DNA of 64,000 bases from Candidatus Dadabacteria bacterium. GTDB lineage: Bacteria > Desulfobacterota_D > UBA1144 > Nemesobacterales > CSP1-2. Location: contig CAWDVW010000002.1 of the NCBI GenBank assembly GCA_963805855.1, positions 669,154-733,153 on the forward strand, in the 5' to 3' direction. Made by a program: the position numbers and the translations under genes. This document shows positions 57,454-64,000 of this stretch, in pieces. Every line of letters starts with the position of its first letter. The stretch's first letter is position 1. The notes beneath the pieces are model-generated. The model saw only the letters and a program-made list of their open reading frames with translations, made no database searches and was not told the DNA's origin.

Positions 57454-60153
57454 ATGACCGGAACTGTATACATCGGAGCGTCCGAATACAGTGTTCGTGA
57501 AGGCGAACCGTACGTGACGGTAACCTTCCAACGGACCGGAGACATCTCCGGCGCGGTTTCGATTAACTATGCGACGACCGGGGACTCAGCCACCGAAGGC
57601 GTCGACTATCAGGGCCTCAACGACACCGCGGTGATCGCCGCGGGCGAGACCAGCGCCACGGTCAAGGTGCCGATCTATGACGATGCGCTCTCCGAGTTGA
57701 CCGAGACCTTCGGCCTTTCCATCCTCACCGTCGACAGCGGGACGCTCCTCTATCCGCGTACTGCGAACATCTCCATCCTTGACGACGAGAATCCGGTTTC
57801 GGCGCCGGCCCAGCCGTCGCTGACATCGCCCTATAAGGTCACGACCACCGACATCGTCACCGGCCTCAACCAGCCGATTCACATCGAGTGGGTCCCCGGC
57901 AGCGACTCGACGGCGCTCGTCGCCGAAAAGGGGGGCGTGATCAAGGTCGTCGACACCACGACGGGTTCCACCGAATCCGTGCTGCTCAACATTAGCGATC
58001 AGGTGAATTCCGCCCTTGACCGGGGACTGCTGGACATCGCGCTCCACCCAGACTTCGAGAACAACCCCTACCTCTATGCTTTCTATGTCGTCGATCCGTC
58101 GGATACTGCGACTGCCAGCGGCCTGGCTGCCGCCGATGGCAACGGTAACCGCTACGCCTACGTCGTCCGATACGAGGTCGATACGTCGGGGTCGACGATG
58201 AAGATCGTCAACGGCAGCAAGACGATCCTGCTCGGTGCTGCCGGCCAATCCCTGTCAGACATCTCGGGCGACGGCGCTCTCGACTTCACGGACCCGGCCA
58301 ACAGCTCGCAGCTGGCCTCGGACGTCGATCCGGCCACCGGCCTCTACAAGCAGGATTACATCAAGGTCGATTCCCTGTCGCATGCTGGCGGGTCGCTGGC
58401 CTTCGGACCCGACGGTGCTCTCTACATCGGGATCGGCGACGGGTCGTCCTACAGCTATGACGACCCCCGGACGGCCAGTGTCCAGGACGTGGACAGCCTG
58501 TCCGGGAAGATTCTGCGCATCGACCCGATGACCGGAGAGGGCCTCGCCGACAATCCTTTCGCCGACGCCAGCGATCTCACATCCAATGCGTCGAAGGTCT
58601 GGCAGCTCGGACTGCGCAACCCGTATGCGCTCGCTTTCGCCGACGATGGTCGCCTCTTCATCAGCGAGACCGGCTGGTACAGCCACGAGGAAATCAACAC
58701 CGGCGACGCCGGCGCCAATTTCGGCTGGCCCTTTTACGAGGGCGACAATGGTGGCACGCTGATCAAGACGCCGGGATACAGCACCCATGCCGACGCGTCC
58801 GATTTCTACAATCTGGTGGCCAGCGGCGCCATCACGATAACGGCGGCTTACGAATTCTTTTCCCACGCCAATGCCGATCCCGGCTACCAGGTCAGCGCGA
58901 TCGTGGGCGCCAGCGATATCTACACGGGCACGCGATATCCGGCGAAATTTCTCAACGACTACTTTTTCACCGATGTCGTCGACGGCGAAATCTACTCGAT
59001 CGACATCAACGACCGCACCCAGACGCAGTTCGTGACCGATATCGGCGCCTACGGCCCGGTCAGCTTCTCGCAGAGCCCGGACGGATACATCTACATCGTC
59101 GACCTCGTGAATGGACGGATCGCCAGGCTGAACATAACCGAACCGGCATCGACCCCAGGCAATCCGACGTCGAACAACCCGACGACCAACTCACCTCCCA
59201 AGGAGGTTCTCTATTCCAACACCTCCAAGGACCAGGTCATAACGGCGACGCACGCCAACGACGTCTTCGTCGTCGGCGCCAAATCGGCCGGGTTCGAAAT
59301 CGGGCCCACCGACAATGGGGCCGGCTTCGTTGTCTGGAAGGGCGACTCCGTCGACATTCTCTTCGGGTTCGAGAAACTCCGCTTCAACGACATGACGGTC
59401 GACCTGACGAAGATGAAGGGGCCTGTTTACCAGGACAGTCCGACCATCATTCAGCACCTCGAGGGCAAGACGAGCAACGACACATTCGTGGTTTCCGGGC
59501 CGTCGTCGGCCTACGCCTGGGAGCCGACCAAGGACGGAAAAGGCGTCGTGATCTGGACGAAGTCGGGATCCGACAAGACCTACGACGTCCTGCAGGGCTT
59601 CGAGACCGTCAAGTTCAACGACACCACACTCGACCTCAAGACCGTCGGCGTCACCATCCATGGAACCAGGAAGAGCGATAAGATCGACGAAACGCATTCG
59701 CCCAATGGTCAGCCAAATCCAACGGCCGGGGGAGACAAGATCATCGGCGGCGGCAACAATGACAAAATGAAGGGCCTCGGAGGTAACGACACCATCCTCG
59801 GCGGAAAGGGCAATGACAAAGCCTTTGGTGGCGCCGACAATGATCTCCTTTCCGGCGGAATAGGGAAAAACAAGCTGATCGGTGGAAGTGGCGCCGACAG
59901 CTTCCTGTTCGATTCCAAGTTGAACAAGTCGTTCAGCAAGGTGATGGATTTCGACAGCGCCGAGGGCGACAAGGTCCTCCTGGCCAAATCTGTATTTCAT
60001 GCCAAGGGTCTGAAGGATGGCGACCTCTCGGCCGCGGACTTCGACAACCACTTCGACTACACGAAGCACGGCATTCTGAAATACGACGGCGAAACGATCG
60101 CCAAATTCAAAGGCGCGCCGGACCTCCATTTCGACGACTTCCTGCTCATCTGA
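57454..60153 (+). CDS. RTX-type secreted protein: Calx-beta + PQQ-type glucose/sorbosone dehydrogenase + two internal repeats + GG-repeats
   Basis: Calx-beta (SATEGVDY..ETF..ISILDDE); RGLLDIALHPDF, HAGGSLAFGPDG, GKILRID, GLRNP, NFGWP; GGxGNDx nonapeptides. Confidence 0.85.
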   Translation: MTGTVYIGASEYSVREGEPYVTVTFQRTGDISGAVSINYATTGDSATEGVDYQGLNDTAVIAAGETSATVKVPIYDDALSELTETFGLSILTVDSGTLLYPRTANISILDDENPVSAPAQPSLTSPYKVTTTDIVTGLNQPIHIEWVPGSDSTALVAEKGGVIKVVDTTTGSTESVLLNISDQVNSALDRGLLDIALHPDFENNPYLYAFYVVDPSDTATASGLAAADGNGNRYAYVVRYEVDTSGSTMKIVNGSKTILLGAAGQSLSDISGDGALDFTDPANSSQLASDVDPATGLYKQDYIKVDSLSHAGGSLAFGPDGALYIGIGDGSSYSYDDPRTASVQDVDSLSGKILRIDPMTGEGLADNPFADASDLTSNASKVWQLGLRNPYALAFADDGRLFISETGWYSHEEINTGDAGANFGWPFYEGDNGGTLIKTPGYSTHADASDFYNLVASGAITITAAYEFFSHANADPGYQVSAIVGASDIYTGTRYPAKFLNDYFFTDVVDGEIYSIDINDRTQTQFVTDIGAYGPVSFSQSPDGYIYIVDLVNGRIARLNITEPASTPGNPTSNNPTTNSPPKEVLYSNTSKDQVITATHANDVFVVGAKSAGFEIGPTDNGAGFVVWKGDSVDILFGFEKLRFNDMTVDLTKMKGPVYQDSPTIIQHLEGKTSNDTFVVSGPSSAYAWEPTKDGKGVVIWTKSGSDKTYDVLQGFETVKFNDTTLDLKTVGVTIHGTRKSDKIDETHSPNGQPNPTAGGDKIIGGGNNDKMKGLGGNDTILGGKGNDKAFGGADNDLLSGGIGKNKLIGGSGADSFLFDSKLNKSFSKVMDFDSAEGDKVLLAKSVFHAKGLKDGDLSAADFDNHFDYTKHGILKYDGETIAKFKGAPDLHFDDFLLI

Positions 60154-60426
60154 CCGTCGGCCGGGCGGTCTCCCCGCTGTCGCCACCGGATCCCGAGAGT
60201 TCTCCTGCTTCACCAGCATGGCCGAGAGCCGGCGACGAAGAGCATCCCGACAGGACGCTAGCTAACTCGGCGCATGATGTGAGGCTGATTTCCTCAGTAT
60301 GAGCGAGATGCCAAGTGTAGTCGGTCGTCTATTTCCTTCCGGTGGTTCTCGCCGCTCTAGTCATGATGGGCATTTCAGCCAGAAGGGGGCATGAGCCTTT
60401 GTTCGTGGTCGGGTTGATAGTGCTGT

Positions 60427-60901
60427 TCAGCAGTCAGTAGGCCTGCACAGGATCATATCTAGATTGGGCCGGACCGGTTTTGTCTCCACCATTTGCCAGG
60501 CTGTCTCATGTAGGAGTATCTGCCACCTTGCTCTGACCGACTCGTCGCGGCTGAGAATGAGATTTGAGGAGGCGTCGCGGATGCGTCGCAGCGTCCAGTG
60601 CTTCTCCGTGATCCACGATAAGACGCCTATCAGCGCGACATAGTCCCAGATGCCGTCTGGGAACTCGTGCCGGTCGAGATCAAAACATAGGGCGTCCGGT
60701 TTATAGGGGAATGCATCTATCCCCTGGTAGCGCACGCCGTCCGGGAGATGATCGCGCAGCACCATTGCGCCACAGCCAACGTCGAGAAGGCTGGCATCGC
60801 GGCGAACGAAGCTGGCGGCGACCTTTGCACGCGCGGACATACTGGCGATCGACTTCGGTTAGCAAGTCGTTCGTCCAGCGTTTCGGCGTTGATGCGTCCA
60901 T
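60427..60901 (-). CDS. Small SAM-dependent methyltransferase, probable 5' frameshift
   Basis: LLDVGCGAM..YQGID..DL; upstream MDASTPKRW.. segment is in another frame. Confidence 0.6.
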
Positions 60902-61236
60902 AGTTCCCAAATCTCCTCTTGCGCGTCGGCATCAAGACATTTTTGGCGGGGAAGGCCACTACCCCTTCCCACCCCTTTTTTCCTTCAAATGCGTGGCTAT
61001 TGCGCCGCAAAGATGAGAGTTTGGCTGCCGGCGTATCAGGGCAGCCCGGCGCTACAGGCTGGATATGGCAGCAATCGTCGGAAGGTAAGATATGCTGATG
61101 GTTGCCGACTAGCTAGGGTGGTGTCGGAGACCTCGAGCGAATCGATCGCCATGAGCGTCGCGCGCTTTCGCGACGCAAGTTCGCTATTCGCGCATTCGAC
61201 AACGGCGTGGCCGACTGACGGCATCCCGGGTCGGGA

Positions 61237-62875
61237 TCAGCCCGCATCCTCCATCCGCCGCCGCGCATCCGCCTCGAGCCCCCGCATCATCGCGTGGATC
61301 TCGCGCTTGGCCTGGTGGAAGCGGGCGATCGCCGGCGGCGGTCGGCGCGGTCGCCTCGGCGTCGCGCGACATCGCCTGCATGGCGCCGGCGAGGCTGGGG
61401 AATGCCCCTGCCGCGACCGCCGCCAGCATCGCCGCGCCGAGCAGCACCGGCTCGCCGGTTGCCGGCAGGACGACGGTAACCCCGGTCGCGTCGGCAAGCA
61501 GCTGCCGCACCAGAGGGCTGCGGCTGGCGCCGCCGCTGACGACGATCGTGCCGCAGTCGATCCCCTTTTCGCGCAGCGCGTCGATCACCTCGGCGAAGCC
61601 GCAGGAGAGGCCGCAGAGCCCGGCGACATACTGGCGCTGGAGGTCGGCGATCGTCTCCTCGAGGGTCAGGCCGACCATCACCGCCCGCACCTCCGGGTCG
61701 GCATAGGGCGAGCGGTTGCCGAGATAGTCGGGCAGGATGTGGAGGTCGCGGGCGAGAAGCGCCGCGTCGGAGAGGCTGTCGAGCCCGGCGACGATGCCCC
61801 GGTCGAGATAGTCGTGGACGCTCAAGCCTTCGCGTTCGGCCTCGGCGCTCGCTGTCGGATAGGCGGCGTGGGAGCGGATCAGGTGGTCGATGCCGGCGCC
61901 GGCGGTCGACTGGCCGCCCTCGATCAGCCAGCGTTCCGGCAGCATCGCCGACCAGTAAGGCCCCCAGACGCCGGGCACGAAACGCGGCTCGACCGTCGAG
62001 GCCATGATGCAGGCCGAGGTCCCCATGATATAGGCGAGCCGGCCGGCCGGCTCGGCGGCGGCGCCGTCGATGGTGGTGCCGCCGAGGGTGCCGACGCCGC
62101 CGGCATGGGCGTCGATCAGGCCGGTCGCCACCGGCGTGCCGGGCGCCAGGCCGAGCTCGGCGGCAGCAGGTTCCGTCAATCCGCCGCCGACCGGCGCGCC
62201 GGGTTCGAGCATCTGCGAGCCGATCCGGGCATAGCCGCCGTCGGCGAGCTCCGGCATGCCGATCGCGGCGAGATAATCGTCGTTCCAGCCGCCCTCATGG
62301 GCGAGGTAGTTCCACTTGCAGGTCACCGTGCAGATCGAGCGGGCGGCGTCGCCGGTCGCCCGGAAGGTGAGGAAATCGACAAGGTCGAAGAACTGCCCGG
62401 CGCCGGCGAAGGTCGCCGGCAGGTGCCGCTTCAGCCACAGGAGCTTCGGCATCTCCATTTCCGGCGAGACGCCGCCGCCGACATAGCGGAGCGCCGCGTG
62501 CCCGGTCTGGTTGATGGCGCGGGTCTCGTCGATCGCCCGGTGGTCCATCCAGACGATGACGTTCCGCCGCGGCTCGCCGGAGGGACTGACGGTGATTGGC
62601 CGGCCCTCGCGATCGAGGGCGACCAGCGAGCAGGTCGCGTCGAAGCCGACGCCTCCGACCGCCTCCGGCGCGACGCCCGCCTCGGCCATCGCATCGCGGG
62701 TCGCCTGGCCGCAGGCCGCCCAGATATCGTCGGAGGACTGCTCGACGACGTCGCCCGCCTCGCGCCACATCTCGATTCTGTGCTTGGCCGTTCCCAGAAG
62801 CCGGCCGTCGGCGGTGAAGACTCCGGCGCGCGCGCTGCCGGTGCCGACGTCAATGCCGACGAAGACCCTCTCCAT
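61237..62875 (-). CDS. FGGY-family pentulose/ribulokinase, frameshift near the C-terminus
   Basis: GIDVGTGSARAG, FDATCSLV, WMDHRA, PKLLWLK, IDAHAG, EGGQS, GNRSP; natural end ..RRMEDAG at 61237 is in another frame. Confidence 0.9.
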
Positions 62876-62902
62876 GCGTTCCCTGCCGCGTTCTCGTGAC
62901 GC

Positions 62903-63676
62903 TTACCAGCAGGTGTAGCCCCCATCGACGAGAACCACGCTGCCGGTCATCAGACTGGCAGCCTTCCCGGCCAGGAACAAGACCACGGATGCGATCTCTT
63001 CGACCTCGCCCATCCGCGCCATCGGCGTGCCGCCGATCCAGTGCTCATACATCACCGGATCGTCGTTGACGAAGGCGTTGAGCGGCGTGTTGATATAGGT
63101 CGGCGCCACCGCGTTGACCCGCACCCCGCGCCCGCCCCATTCGGCGGCGAGCGACTTGGTCAGGTGATGCACCGCCGCCTTCGAGGCATTGTAGAAGGCC
63201 TGTTCCTGCGGCTTGTTGACGATGAAGCCGGACATCGAGCCGATGTTGACGATCGAACCCGATTTCGCCGTCAGCATGTAGTTGCCGAAGGCCCGGCAGC
63301 ACCAGAAGGTGCCGTTGAGGTTGACGTCCAGCACGTTCAGCCAATGTTCGTCGGTCACCGTCTCGGCCGGCGTCATCGAGCGCGCGATGCCGGCATTGTT
63401 GACGAGGATGTCGATCTTGCCGTGGCGGGCGACGACATCGTCGGCGACGGCGTTGACCCGGCTGGAATCGGTCACGTCCATGATCGCGATCTCGGGATCG
63501 TAGCCCTTGGCCCGCATCGCGTCGCGGCCGGTCTCGGCGATTCCGGCGTCCCTGTCGGCGATCACCACCTTGGCGCCGGCCTCGGACAGCGCTTCGACGC
63601 AGGCGAGGCCGATCGCCTGGCCGCCACCGGTCACCAGCCCGACGCAGCCGTCCAGCCGGAATTTTTCGAGATACAT
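62903..63676 (-). CDS. SDR oxidoreductase (polyol dehydrogenase-like)
   Basis: TGGGQAIG, NNAG, YNASK with NKPQ, GSVVLVDGG. Confidence 0.92.
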   Translation of the reverse strand: MYLEKFRLDGCVGLVTGGGQAIGLACVEALSEAGAKVVIADRDAGIAETGRDAMRAKGYDPEIAIMDVTDSSRVNAVADDVVARHGKIDILVNNAGIARSMTPAETVTDEHWLNVLDVNLNGTFWCCRAFGNYMLTAKSGSIVNIGSMSGFIVNKPQEQAFYNASKAAVHHLTKSLAAEWGGRGVRVNAVAPTYINTPLNAFVNDDPVMYEHWIGGTPMARMGEVEEIASVVLFLAGKAASLMTGSVVLVDGGYTCW

Positions 63677-63729
63677 CCCTCACTCCTGTTCAATTCCGCC
63701 GGTTCAATTCCCGGCGCCTGTCGCACCTG

Positions 63730-64000
63730 TCAGCCGCGGATCGCTTTGCCGTCCTTGTCGAAGCGGTGAATGCGGTCCGGATGGGGCGTCATCCGCACCG
63801 GGTCGCCGGCGGAAAGCGCGAATTCGCCGGGCGCCCGCGCGGTGATCGGGCCGATGTCGTCGGCGTCGATGTGGAAGAAGGTGTCGGATCCGAGATGCTC
63901 GGCGATGCGGACCTTGCCCGGCCAGTCGCCGTTATCGCGCGACAGCTCGATATCCTCCGCCGGACGCCGATCGTCGCCGCGCCGTCATAGCCTTTGGGCG
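63730..64000 (-). CDS. Sugar ABC transporter ATP-binding protein, C-terminal TOBE part (partial)
   Basis: Manual translation: IGVR(P)ED..AEHLGSDTF..RIHRFDKDG; one base is missing in GVRPE. Confidence 0.75.

Noticed and set aside
60989-62899. 636-aa plus-strand ORF and other long antisense ORFs (51199-52329, 59191-60219, 44082-44963)
   Set aside because: Shadow ORFs opposite well-supported genes in GC-rich DNA.

Overview
The window has two very different halves joined at about 44,050-44,085. The left part (1-~44,050) is AT-rich chromosome with clean ORFs and a deltaproteobacterial-type gene order; a Dadabacteria/Desulfobacterota-like origin is my inference. It carries housekeeping genes (thiI, truA, leuB, mfd, SurA-like PPIase, gcvTHP, tRNA-Val-thrS-infC-rpmI-rplT, purC) and an envelope-protein region (1-16.5 kb). 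That region holds an intact REP-associated tyrosine transposase (RAYT), a start-codon-mutated second copy and an internally deleted third copy. These sit in a dense set of GTAG/GATAG REP hairpins, GTCA..TGAC palindromes and nested mini-hairpins. The two full-length RAYT loci directly flank a two-gene operon with tandem strong promoters, encoding paralogous secreted proteins of a family I do not recognise. One of them, plus a separate beta-helix/DUF11 protein, ends in a shared Cys-containing C-terminal sorting signal. The right part (~44,080-64,000) is GC-rich and alphaproteobacterial-like. It has IS1182/IS5-like and IS30 elements, a gtr-type glycosylation/GDP-fucose cluster, an RTX-type Calx-beta/sugar-dehydrogenase protein and a polyol/pentose catabolic operon. 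It contains many single-base frameshifts and is most likely a different, error-prone contig. No CRISPR array or rRNA was found.
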